Part shown: in pieces, positions 51,594 through 60,826 of the stretch | How the letters are laid out: each line of letters opens with the position of its first letter | Position numbering within the stretch: the first letter of the stretch is position 1 | From: a virus | Lineage: Duplodnaviria > Caudoviricetes | DNA length: 64,000 nucleotides | Direction: 5' to 3' (one strand) | Virus record (IMG/VR): IMGVR_UViG_3300025724_000001 | Coordinates: 32,001-96,000 of that record | Program-made: the position numbers and the translations under genes | Notes under the pieces: generated by a model | Told to the model about the DNA's origin: nothing | Database searches by the model: none | The model's input: the letters and a program-made list of their open reading frames with translations, nothing else

Positions 51594-52457
51594 ATGAATA
51601 AATTAAAGGAATTATGGAATAAAATTATTAGTTTTTTGTCTCCATATTTGAAAATTTATGGGGTATTTAAATTTTTAACAAGCAAAACATTTTTAATTTT
51701 AATAGTTCTTGTTATTACTGTTTTATTAACTAGATCTTGTGTTAATAATAGGGAAATTCGGAGAATAAATGATATTCAAATACAGAATATCTTAGCTTTA
51801 CTTGATACGATACATGTTGAAAAAAATAAAAATAAAGAGCAACAATTTGTGATTGCTAGTTATGTTACAGATGTTAATAATCTTGAAATTCTTAATAAAG
51901 AACTTTATAATGAGGTGATTGCACAACGTGGTGAAGTAATATCATTAAATAAGGTGATATATCGTTTAGAACAAGAGGCTGATTATTTTAAAAAACAAAT
52001 AAATCATATGGAATCGATTATAAGTCAGCCAGTACAAATAAACGATACCACATATAGAATAACATGGGAGAAGAGGTACGATTGGGATAAATTGAATTAT
52101 GATATATATAGAGGTGAAACAATTGTTGGATTGGGTAAGTTTGGGTTGAGACATTATGATAGTGATATAACATATAGAATATCTCAAGTTGATTTAATGT
52201 TTGGGCAAGTAGTAGAAAATGGTCAATTAAGGATTTTTGTGAAAACAAATTACCCAGGATTTACACCACAATCGTTACAAGGTGTGTTGATTGATCCAAA
52301 TACTAATTCATATATAAAGAGTTTGATTAAGAAGAAAAAATGGTTACCTAATACATTATCTATTGGTGTTGGACCATCATTTGGTTATGATATTTTATCA
52401 ACTAAGATATATTTAGGTATAGGGGTAAATGTAAATTATAATCTCCTACAATGGTAA
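51594..52457 (+). CDS. Putative spanin-like envelope protein (N-terminal TM, coiled coil, C-terminal beta hairpin)
   Basis: TM FLILIVLVITVLL; ends SIGVGPSFGY...YLGIGVNVNYNLLQW. Confidence 0.55.
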   Translation: MNKLKELWNKIISFLSPYLKIYGVFKFLTSKTFLILIVLVITVLLTRSCVNNREIRRINDIQIQNILALLDTIHVEKNKNKEQQFVIASYVTDVNNLEILNKELYNEVIAQRGEVISLNKVIYRLEQEADYFKKQINHMESIISQPVQINDTTYRITWEKRYDWDKLNYDIYRGETIVGLGKFGLRHYDSDITYRISQVDLMFGQVVENGQLRIFVKTNYPGFTPQSLQGVLIDPNTNSYIKSLIKKKKWLPNTLSIGVGPSFGYDILSTKIYLGIGVNVNYNLLQW

Positions 52458-52469
52458 AATTTAAAAATT

Positions 52470-52823
52470 ATGGAACGAACACCACAACAATTTTTTTCTA
52501 AGAATATGAAATGGTTTACTCTTGTGTTTTTTATCCTTTTTCTGTTCAAATCAGTTCAAAGTTGTAATCGGAATATGGGTAATAGAATTATAGAAAAACA
52601 ATATAAACATACTATTGACTCTTTGACAAAAAAATACGATATTTTTGAAAAGGAAACAACAACAATTATTAGACAGCTTGAATTTGAGTTAAAACTTGAA
52701 AAAGAAAAGGCTGGTGAGGCTAATAGACGCGCGGAAGCTGTCCAGTCTGTTGCTGAAAAAATAAGGGCAAATACGACAGTAAATGTTCGCGGTGCCGAAG
52801 TTGATACTACAAAAAGAAAATGA
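52470..52823 (+). CDS. Membrane-anchored/lipoprotein coiled-coil protein (spanin-like)
   Basis: Hydrophobic N-terminus ending VQSC, then coiled coil. Confidence 0.5.
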   Translation: MERTPQQFFSKNMKWFTLVFFILFLFKSVQSCNRNMGNRIIEKQYKHTIDSLTKKYDIFEKETTTIIRQLEFELKLEKEKAGEANRRAEAVQSVAEKIRANTTVNVRGAEVDTTKRK

Positions 52824-53821
52824 AATTATTTAAAAAAAATTACGATAGAGAGGATTTATTACACCTTGGACTTATAGTGACATTTGCCATTTTGTATGTG
52901 GCAACAGCATTTGTTTCATTTTATCATGCAATAACATTTTTTCACATTGCAAATGCTATTTGGTTGTCAATAATATTGAGTTTTGTTGCCGAAATTGGTC
53001 AGGCTTCTGTATTATTTAGTATACTTCTTACAGATAACCGGAATAAATTTCTACCTTGGGTTATAATGATAATTCTAACATCATTACAAGTTATTGGTAA
53101 TGTTGTTAGTTCTTTTGATTGGATTGTAACACATAACGATGCTGGTCTAGAAAATTTTAAAAGATCCATTTTATTTGCAGTACAAACTGATGACCCTGAA
53201 ATGTTCAGAATAATTGTTGCATGGATTTCAGGTGCTCTTCTTCCTGTTATAGCATTATCAATGACGGCACTTGTTGCCCAGAATATAGATTTACGAGCTA
53301 AAAAAAGAAAGGAACTTGAAAGTAAAACATCACCAATAAATGATGTTAATAATCTAGATGACACTGAACCCATACCGGCAAGTGTTATTGTAGGTGAGGT
53401 GTCGAAAATCCGTCCAACAGAGGAAGAACTCGAAAAAATGGAAAAATTTTTAAGTAAGAAAAGTCCGATTGAAAAACCACCAGTTGAAGAAAATGAAAAA
53501 ACAAAAGACAAACCAGTTGTGGTGTCGGATGTACCTTTTGATGAATCAAATTTTAATTCTGATATAATTAATGAAGAAATTGAAGAAGATTTCGGTCCTG
53601 TTGATTTAACAAATGAAAAACCGGATGATGTTCCAACGATAGAATTAGAGAAAGTTGTAACGCCAACAGCACAAGAAGTTATAGAATCAACAATTTCTAA
53701 AGAACAGGAATCTCCACCACTTATTGAGGAAAAACCACAACCATTACCAACAAATCCAATAACACAAGAACAACTTGATAGAATTAGACAAATTGCTAGA
53801 GAGAATTTAAAAAAAAAATAA
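52820..53821 (+). CDS. Four-TM membrane protein with acidic tail (holin/antiholin candidate); likely -1 frameshift extension to 54018
   Basis: Four hydrophobic segments; ends at TTTAAAAAAAAAATAA; -1 frame open for 66 codons. Confidence 0.6.
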   Translation: MKLFKKNYDREDLLHLGLIVTFAILYVATAFVSFYHAITFFHIANAIWLSIILSFVAEIGQASVLFSILLTDNRNKFLPWVIMIILTSLQVIGNVVSSFDWIVTHNDAGLENFKRSILFAVQTDDPEMFRIIVAWISGALLPVIALSMTALVAQNIDLRAKKRKELESKTSPINDVNNLDDTEPIPASVIVGEVSKIRPTEEELEKMEKFLSKKSPIEKPPVEENEKTKDKPVVVSDVPFDESNFNSDIINEEIEEDFGPVDLTNEKPDDVPTIELEKVVTPTAQEVIESTISKEQESPPLIEEKPQPLPTNPITQEQLDRIRQIARENLKKK

Positions 53822-53880
53822 CAGAGGTAGAAGAGGAGATAGAAGAAACGTTTACATCTGGTGATATCCTAACAGATAAC

Positions 53881-53916
53881 ATTCCCGAACCAACACCGTC
53901 GGCTCGGGAATTTTTT
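53881..53916 (+). terminator. Terminator-like hairpin
   Basis: ATTCCCGA...TCGGGAAT stem followed by a short T run; lies inside the -1 frame extension. Confidence 0.5.
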
Positions 53917-53977
53917 ATGCCTACAGAAAAAGAAAATAAAAAAATAACATATAATTCAGTAAAAAGTTTTTTGAGAG

Positions 53978-54598
53978 ATGTTGCAAGTTCAAAGCGTAGA
54001 AGACCTAGAGGGAGTTAAATTAAATGTTAGTAAGAGAAAAACTAAAAAGACTCAAATTTTTTTATATGACACACAAAGAAGATTTGATGATTTTATTATG
54101 AAATTAAGGTATAGAAATAATGAAAAATATGAAGAAATACCACATTTTATAATAAGTAAGTCAGGTGATATTTTTAAGGTATTTGATACTGATTATAGTT
54201 CAAAAACGTTTGGTGTGAAGAATATTGATAATAGACAAGTAAAGATTGCGTTGGAAAATTTGGGTTGGTTAATTAAAAATACGATTACCGGTGCGTTATA
54301 TAATTGGATAGGTGATCCATATAGGTCTGAGCCATATGTAAAAAGATGGAGAAATTATTATTTCTGGGATCCATATTCTGAAGAGCAAATGAATGCATTG
54401 GTTAAAATAACAAAAGAAATTTGTAAAAAACATAATATACCATATCAAACAGTACCATCACAAGGATATTTATCTAATGTAAGAAAGTTTGATGGAATTG
54501 TATGTAAATCAAATTTTCTAAGTATTTATACAGATATAAACCCTTCTTTTAATTTTAATATATTTTATAAAAATGACACAGAAACAACCGATAAATGA
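53978..54598 (+). CDS. N-acetylmuramoyl-L-alanine amidase (Amidase_2)-like protein, Zn ligands apparently degenerate
   Basis: QIFLYDT, PHFIISKSG, IALENLG, YSEEQ..AL, TDINP. Confidence 0.65.
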   Translation: MLQVQSVEDLEGVKLNVSKRKTKKTQIFLYDTQRRFDDFIMKLRYRNNEKYEEIPHFIISKSGDIFKVFDTDYSSKTFGVKNIDNRQVKIALENLGWLIKNTITGALYNWIGDPYRSEPYVKRWRNYYFWDPYSEEQMNALVKITKEICKKHNIPYQTVPSQGYLSNVRKFDGIVCKSNFLSIYTDINPSFNFNIFYKNDTETTDK

Positions 54599-55157
54599 GT
54601 ATGATTTAACAAAAAAAATGTTAAATACAATACGAGAAATACAGGCTAGTGTGGATTCAAATAAATTTGTGTTACTTAGAGAACAAGTAACCAATGATAA
54701 GGAAACTGTTATAAGAAAGGGTGATGGTATTCCACCACCACCAATAGATAATGATAATATGGACTATGAAAGTGGTGAAGAACAAGAAGATATTGCTGTT
54801 ATTAATGATGTAGAAGTTGTGATTCATTCAGAAGATCCAGAAGATTTAGAATTAAAAGATGATGAAAAAAACAATATATCACAATTAATAGATGAATTTA
54901 GAACTGAAGTTTCGGAAATTGTTGAATTTGATAAATTGCACATATATGAGGATAATGCAAAATTAGAGGGGAAAATTAGTGATGTAAATTTAGGGTTTAC
55001 ATTATCAACGGGCAATGATACCGGAATATATCTTTCAAATACATCTATGATGAAAATTGATGAAGATACTATGGATATGATTAATAAATTAAAAACATTC
55101 CATCCGAAATTTATTAATACAATTAATAATTTGTTAGTACATAGAAAATCAACATAA
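54573..55157 (+). CDS. Acidic hypothetical protein, probable internal head protein
   Basis: INE/LREQ motifs; TATTTATA at 54523. Confidence 0.6.
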   Translation: MTQKQPINEYDLTKKMLNTIREIQASVDSNKFVLLREQVTNDKETVIRKGDGIPPPPIDNDNMDYESGEEQEDIAVINDVEVVIHSEDPEDLELKDDEKNNISQLIDEFRTEVSEIVEFDKLHIYEDNAKLEGKISDVNLGFTLSTGNDTGIYLSNTSMMKIDEDTMDMINKLKTFHPKFINTINNLLVHRKST

Positions 55158-55158
55158 C

Positions 55159-55398
55159 ATGGCATTAACAAGTAGTGATAAAAGTCAAATTGAAACGATT
55201 GCTAGAAAAGAAATAAAATCGTTTATGGATAGTACTCAGGCACATAATATTGTGATGAGAATAATACAGAAAGAGCTTGGTGGGAGAAGAATAGACGAAA
55301 GAATGGTTGATTTGGCAACTAAAGTCGTTGTTGAATTGTTTAAAACATTCTGGCAAAGAAAATCATTTTGGGAGGGTGCAATAAAAAACGTAAGATAA
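55159..55398 (+). CDS. Hypothetical protein
   Basis: Operon-embedded ORF. Confidence 0.7.
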   Translation: MALTSSDKSQIETIARKEIKSFMDSTQAHNIVMRIIQKELGGRRIDERMVDLATKVVVELFKTFWQRKSFWEGAIKNVR

Positions 55399-55399
55399 T

Positions 55400-56395
55400 A
55401 TGGAAATGGATAAAACAAATAAAATACGTGGCGGAAAAGCCGATGGAATGAGTGTAGAAGATATAGCAAGAAAACACAATGTTTTTGTGGGTACAATAAA
55501 AAAACAGATAGAAATGGGTATTAAAATTGAAAAAGAACATACCCATGACGAGAAGAAAGCGAGGGAAATAGCTATGGATCATTTGACCGAATTACCAGAT
55601 TATTACACTCGATTAAATAAAATGGAAAAATCTGGTGAAAAATCGTTGAAGAAAAAAGACACAAAAGAACAGATGGATGCTAGTGCGTCTGGTTCATATG
55701 AAGCACCGCTTAGTAATCCTATTACCAGACCAATAAGTAGAGTTCATGAAATGACGAAAAAAGAATTTACTGAACAAATGGGTAGTGGTATTTCTGCTGG
55801 TGCTATGTACGATGGTCCTATAGGGACTGCTGGACCATCAAGTCCAATGGATAAAACAAAGAAAAGAAGAAAAGATCCGTTAAAGATTGATAATGCCGAG
55901 TCCACAATGGGTGGAGCAAGTATAACTGGTGCTTCAACAAAAGATATGATTGCCACAAAAAAGGGTTTTCCAAGATTTGGGGGGCCAGGTGCCAAATTTG
56001 TTGAAATCGATAATAAATGTAAAACATTCCCATATTGTGATCAAGGTGCTAGTTCAGATCGGGCATTTAAAGGAAGACCAAATCCAATTAAATTAAAAGA
56101 AATAAGAGAATTACAAAAATCAATACAAGAAGTATCACAGGAATATCAAATCCCTGCTGAGATTGTTGCTGAAATGGTGGTAAATCAAATACTATCTGAA
56201 GGTGTACCATCACATATGTTTGATAAATCCAATTTGGATGCTCTTGCTACTTGGGGTGCACCAAAAAAAGTACGGAAGTACAGAATAACAGTACCTGATG
56301 GTTTTGATATTGTTGTTCCAGATAATGATTTATTTTCGGCCGTAAAGTTATTTTTCTATAAAAATGATATTAAATTTGATACGGAAGAAATTTAG
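55400..56395 (+). CDS. DUF5661-like domain protein, probable internal head polyprotein
   Basis: MGIKIEKEHT...AREIAMDHLTELPDYYTRL; repeated KEQM/TEQM. Confidence 0.65.
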   Translation: MEMDKTNKIRGGKADGMSVEDIARKHNVFVGTIKKQIEMGIKIEKEHTHDEKKAREIAMDHLTELPDYYTRLNKMEKSGEKSLKKKDTKEQMDASASGSYEAPLSNPITRPISRVHEMTKKEFTEQMGSGISAGAMYDGPIGTAGPSSPMDKTKKRRKDPLKIDNAESTMGGASITGASTKDMIATKKGFPRFGGPGAKFVEIDNKCKTFPYCDQGASSDRAFKGRPNPIKLKEIRELQKSIQEVSQEYQIPAEIVAEMVVNQILSEGVPSHMFDKSNLDALATWGAPKKVRKYRITVPDGFDIVVPDNDLFSAVKLFFYKNDIKFDTEEI

Positions 56396-56410
56396 TGATA
56401 TTTATTAGAT

Positions 56411-57568
56411 ATGAATATAAGAGATTTAAATAAATTAACGTCAGAAATCTTAGAACAAGAGGCTAAGAAATTAATTATGGAACAGTTGTATGGTAAACAA
56501 TCAACGGAAAATGATGATACTGAAACAGATGTCAAAAAATTCCAAACATTATCTGGATTAATTGATCGAATATCAAGTATTGAGAATATTGGGGATGTAG
56601 ATTTTGGTGTAGTGATTAATATCGAGGGGATTACCGAAGAAGATTTGATTAACAATTGTGGTGGTTCATCATTTGATGAGGCACAACAAAATCTAATGCA
56701 GGGATTACATCATGATTTGGAGGAAAATGGTGTTGGAAATAGTTTTGATATTGATATTGAATCAGATGGTGATGAAAACACATTAAATTTAAAAATAAAA
56801 ATAACAACCAATAATGATGAGTTATCTGGTAGTGATGAAATGAAAGAAAATACTATGGATACTAACCCAACGATTGACAAGAAAAAAAATATCATTCTAG
56901 GTGGTGATGTTAATGAAAATACCAAAAAAAGGATATTGAGACTTAATGAGAATGAAATGAAACAGTTAATAAGGCGTATAATTAAAGAGGCGTCAGAACC
57001 GACAATGGACGCAACAACAGAGAAAGCGATTACTGATAGTAGTAAATTAAATAGTGATTATCTGGCGGATGTTGAGAAAAAAATAAAAAAATATTTATCA
57101 TTTACGGGTAATGATAATCCAAAATTTCCAAACCAGGTTGGTCAAGGAGAAGATAAAGTTGCACGAGTAGCAACAGATGAAGAAGAGGATATGATTGATC
57201 TTAATAGAGGTCGAGGGTCACAGGATTTGGATTACGATACTGATTCTGTTGGTGAGAATGGTGAACCACCAGAACCATTTAAAGAAAGAATACGAAAAGC
57301 GTTAGAGGGTGATTCAACAATGGGTAATGATCCAGATGCTGGTAATGCAATTAAAACTGATACTGGTGAAAAAATGTGGAAAAACAGAGAAAAAAGATTA
57401 AAAGCCAGGAAAGAAGAACCACTTTATCCGAAAGAAGCAGTTCCGGTTGAAGTTAAAGACAAGGATGATGGTGTTGTACCTAAAAGAACTGTTAATGAAA
57501 ATAAAATTATTAAGGAAGAAATTAAAAGAATGAAAGTGTTGTCTTCTTATAACAAGAGGACACAATAA
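56411..57568 (+). CDS. Acidic protein, probable head/scaffold protein
   Basis: RLNENEMKQLIRRIIKEA and IIKEEIKRMK motifs; TATTTAT-N5-ATG. Confidence 0.6.
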   Translation: MNIRDLNKLTSEILEQEAKKLIMEQLYGKQSTENDDTETDVKKFQTLSGLIDRISSIENIGDVDFGVVINIEGITEEDLINNCGGSSFDEAQQNLMQGLHHDLEENGVGNSFDIDIESDGDENTLNLKIKITTNNDELSGSDEMKENTMDTNPTIDKKKNIILGGDVNENTKKRILRLNENEMKQLIRRIIKEASEPTMDATTEKAITDSSKLNSDYLADVEKKIKKYLSFTGNDNPKFPNQVGQGEDKVARVATDEEEDMIDLNRGRGSQDLDYDTDSVGENGEPPEPFKERIRKALEGDSTMGNDPDAGNAIKTDTGEKMWKNREKRLKARKEEPLYPKEAVPVEVKDKDDGVVPKRTVNENKIIKEEIKRMKVLSSYNKRTQ

Positions 57569-57606
57569 CCTTTTTTTTATGGAATTTTATCCATATATTT
57601 AATTAT

Positions 57607-58053
57607 ATGGGTAAGAGGACTGACATACTTGAAAAATATCAAGACCAAACTGAAATTTGGTATAAAACTCACAATATAATAAGAGAACGTTCTGAATTAT
57701 ATTGTGATTTTTTTTCTTCTTTATTATTATTGATTGATGAAACATATCTAGGGCCTGATATATTAAAATTAGAAAGTGATATATTAAATCATTTTAATTG
57801 GTGTTTTAATAAAGTTATATCTAATTTTGAAAAAGAACGAATTTATTTTGTGTCAAAAGGCTCTCATCATGAATATCTTTGGGATTTGTTTAATAAATGG
57901 TATTATATGTCTGAAATGGTTGAGAAGTGTGATATATTGTTAGAATATTTTGATTTGTTATTTAATTTTGGGAAAATTAAGACACCGTCAGAAATTGAAA
58001 TTTTCACCGATGTTTATAAAATAATGGATAAAAACTTGAAAAAGATGAATTAA
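57607..58053 (+). CDS. Hypothetical protein
   Basis: Clean ORF. Confidence 0.7.
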   Translation: MGKRTDILEKYQDQTEIWYKTHNIIRERSELYCDFFSSLLLLIDETYLGPDILKLESDILNHFNWCFNKVISNFEKERIYFVSKGSHHEYLWDLFNKWYYMSEMVEKCDILLEYFDLLFNFGKIKTPSEIEIFTDVYKIMDKNLKKMN

Positions 58054-58082
58054 ATATGTATATTTTTTAAAAATAATTTAAT

Positions 58083-58256
58083 GTGGAAAAAATAGCAAAA
58101 ATTTACGAGTTAATTGTATTAATGGAAAATGAGGCTGAAAAGGTTTATAATAAAGGTAATCGCAGTGCAGCAACGAGAGCGAGAAAATACGCACAAGAAA
58201 TAAGGAATTTACTAGGTGATTTCCGTAAAGAAATAATTGATGTTGTAAAGAAATAA
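58083..58256 (+). CDS. Histone H1-like protein Hc1 family (57 aa; not in the ORF track)
   Basis: GTG start; MEKIAKIYELIVLMENEAEKVYNKGNRSAATRARKYAQEIRNLLGDFRKEIIDVVKK; stop overlaps the next ATG (TAATG). Confidence 0.8.
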   Translation: MEKIAKIYELIVLMENEAEKVYNKGNRSAATRARKYAQEIRNLLGDFRKEIIDVVKK

Positions 58257-58441
58257 TGTTAGAGAAAATTTTTTTATATTTTTTTATTTTATCGGGATTG
58301 TATGTTTTTGTTTTTGTTGTAAAATTTTTTATTCTTCTTAAACAAGACAATCCACCACCAATAATAAACACTAAACTAGAAAAGATATTGTTATATTTGT
58401 CAATGGCATATATCCTTACTGGAATAGTAACAATGCTTTGA
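58256..58441 (+). CDS. Small two-TM membrane protein
   Basis: Two hydrophobic segments. Confidence 0.65.
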   Translation: MLEKIFLYFFILSGLYVFVFVVKFFILLKQDNPPPIINTKLEKILLYLSMAYILTGIVTML

Positions 58442-58905
58442 TAATGGGAAAAAAAATAATGTTTGACACAATATTTTCTATAAGGCCGTTTTTTTTCTCA
58501 CTTAGAGAAATAAAAGAGAATGTCAGTCTTGATATTAAAATTCCATTAAGTTGGAATATTAATCCTGATGTTAATGGGGTTGATAAAGATGTTTCAATAA
58601 AAGTTCAGGATGAAAATGAAAGGAACAGATTAATTTCAATAATTGGTCTTGCGACAAAAACAGGTTACGATGCTGTGTTTTCGTCTGCAAAACAAATTAT
58701 CACATATAATCAAGAAATTGAAGAAAAAAATAGATTATTTAATGAAAAAGTTGAAGAATTAAAAAAATTCTTTTTAGAAGCACCTATTGAAAAATTAAAA
58801 GATATTTCATTTACTAACGAAAAACATGGGGTACGAAATAGAAAGAGCACTAGAGAGGCTAAAGTGGGAAATGAAGAAGGATCAGGATCAAACGAATCAG
58901 AATAA
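58438..58905 (+). CDS. Hypothetical protein (start may be 58459)
   Basis: Operon-embedded ORF. Confidence 0.65.
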   Translation: MIMGKKIMFDTIFSIRPFFFSLREIKENVSLDIKIPLSWNINPDVNGVDKDVSIKVQDENERNRLISIIGLATKTGYDAVFSSAKQIITYNQEIEEKNRLFNEKVEELKKFFLEAPIEKLKDISFTNEKHGVRNRKSTREAKVGNEEGSGSNESE

Positions 58906-59047
58906 AAAAAAGACGATTGAAGAAATTAAGTCATACAACAGAACTGAAATTCTTGAGGTAATTAAAAATAGAGATAAGTTATCACACCCACAAAAAAAAT
59001 CATTTTTTCAAAAACTTTTATTAATATTTGGTAATGGCAAAAAGTAA
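58826..59047 (+). CDS. Small hypothetical protein
   Basis: Fills the gap; overlaps the upstream ORF tail. Confidence 0.55.
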   Translation: MGYEIERALERLKWEMKKDQDQTNQNKKKTIEEIKSYNRTEILEVIKNRDKLSHPQKKSFFQKLLLIFGNGKK

Positions 59048-59270
59048 TAATATTTTAAATCAACTAGCAGTTATAGCTGATTTACTTGAAAAGATTGAAA
59101 TCGATTCGTCAATTATTACTGTAACGTTTAATCTTAAAAATAAAGATTTCACCAATTTTTTTGCAAAAATTGCACAAAGAAGTGGTATTGCAACAAAAAC
59201 AACAAATGATGATGTTTTTATTTTGAAAATTGGTAAAGTAGATTATCTTTTTAATAGGAATAATGCCTAA
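59034..59270 (+). CDS. Small hypothetical protein
   Basis: ATG at 59034; converges on the minus-strand gene. Confidence 0.6.
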   Translation: MAKSNNILNQLAVIADLLEKIEIDSSIITVTFNLKNKDFTNFFAKIAQRSGIATKTTNDDVFILKIGKVDYLFNRNNA

Positions 59271-59907
59271 ATAATTCACTTTTTTTAAACCCTCTTTTTT
59301 CTAGAAAATCATATAATAAACTACGTTGTGTTCTTGTAATATCTCTTACAAAAATAAAATTTCCTTTTTTTCGTTTTATTAAATCTTCTTTAACTATATC
59401 AAATAATCTATTTGCATCCGCAATATTTTTATTACCAAACAATCGAACATCATTTTCAACTTGAAGAAATAATTTGTTATTTAATGTGAATATTTGTGCA
59501 ATATCAGTAACACGTAAAATAATGTCCATCATTTCATGATAATGAATTCTTTTTTTTGTTTCAAAATCATATATTAATTCTTCGTCCCAGTATGGAATTA
59601 AGTCTTTTATTCTATATTTTTCATTATTTATTTGTGCTTCAACATTTCTTCCTAAATCGTCTTTAATATATGTTGGTTTTGACCACGGATTTCTTGGAAA
59701 TAAAAGACCTAATTCAAAATTGAGTTTTCTTTTACGTCCACCGCCTTGTAGTTTAACGAATGGTGGTGGTCTTTGCGTTTTTAATTCTCGCCAATGACTA
59801 TATATTGTGTTTTTGGTCATAGCACTGGCTAATATTCTTTGTTTTTTTTTATTACAAAATAAGACAATTAAATATTTTGGCTGTTTCATAATATAAAAGA
59901 TAAACAA
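59251..59907 (-). CDS. Basic hypothetical protein; the only credible minus-strand gene
   Basis: 218 aa ORF with no competing plus-strand ORF; local strand skew reverses. Confidence 0.8.
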   Translation of the reverse strand: MFIFYIMKQPKYLIVLFCNKKKQRILASAMTKNTIYSHWRELKTQRPPPFVKLQGGGRKRKLNFELGLLFPRNPWSKPTYIKDDLGRNVEAQINNEKYRIKDLIPYWDEELIYDFETKKRIHYHEMMDIILRVTDIAQIFTLNNKLFLQVENDVRLFGNKNIADANRLFDIVKEDLIKRKKGNFIFVRDITRTQRSLLYDFLEKRGFKKSELFRHYSY

Positions 59908-59969
59908 TTAATTTGTTTTTTTCCATTATTTTCGTTACATTTTAATTTGTATATTGAATTATTTAAAAT

Positions 59970-60812
59970 ATGATAAGTTATATTGGCGGAAAAGCGCGTA
60001 TTGGAAAATGGATTGTCCCATTTATTCCGATGGATATTAAAACCTATGTTGAACCATTTTCGGGTATGTTTTGGGTGTTTTTTAATATGGATTTAAACAA
60101 ATATCCGAAATTGGAAACGGTAGTTTATAATGATTTTAATAAATTAAATGCTAATCTTTTTCGTTGTTCAAAATATTATGATAGATTATTAGAGGAACTA
60201 TCAAAATATCCAAGGCAACAACGCAACGTAGTAAACACACCACCAGAATACGCACAGATATTTAGAAGATGTCAAAAAGAAGTGTTCGATCCAAGTTTGG
60301 TAATTGGTGATGAACCTAATTTTGATGTTGCCGGTAAATATGTTTATGTATTAACACAAATATTTTCCGGGTCAAAGCCCGAAACATCAAAATATACAGA
60401 TTATAAAGGGAAATATAGATGTAAAGTTGATATTTTTGAAGATAAACTTCGACACCCCAAATATAGGGAACATCTTGATAATATAACATTTATTGAAGAC
60501 GTGGACTTTGAAGACATACTTAAAAGATATGATTCGCCAAGCACGTATTTTTATCTCGATCCACCATATTGGAAAACAGAAAATTATTATTCGGCACATG
60601 ATTTTGATAGTGATGATCATCGTAGATTAGCTGAAAGATTGAAAAAAATAGAAGGAAAATTTAGTTTATCGTATTATGAATTTCCACAATTACTTAATTG
60701 GTATCCGAAAGACCAATATAGATGGGAATCTAAAGGATTTATGAAAGCGGCGGCAGCAAAAGAAGGTGTTCCACAAAACATAGGAATGGAATTGCTTATT
60801 ATGAATTATTAA
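59970..60812 (+). CDS. DNA adenine methyltransferase (Dam/D12 class)
   Basis: SYIGGK, YVEPFSG, YNDFN, YLDPPY, ELLIMNY. Confidence 0.9.
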   Translation: MISYIGGKARIGKWIVPFIPMDIKTYVEPFSGMFWVFFNMDLNKYPKLETVVYNDFNKLNANLFRCSKYYDRLLEELSKYPRQQRNVVNTPPEYAQIFRRCQKEVFDPSLVIGDEPNFDVAGKYVYVLTQIFSGSKPETSKYTDYKGKYRCKVDIFEDKLRHPKYREHLDNITFIEDVDFEDILKRYDSPSTYFYLDPPYWKTENYYSAHDFDSDDHRRLAERLKKIEGKFSLSYYEFPQLLNWYPKDQYRWESKGFMKAAAAKEGVPQNIGMELLIMNY

Positions 60813-60826
60813 TCTATTTATAGTAG

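Noticed and set aside
58078-58371. Minus-strand 97-aa ORF
   Set aside because: Region is better explained by the plus-strand Hc1-like gene and the following membrane gene.
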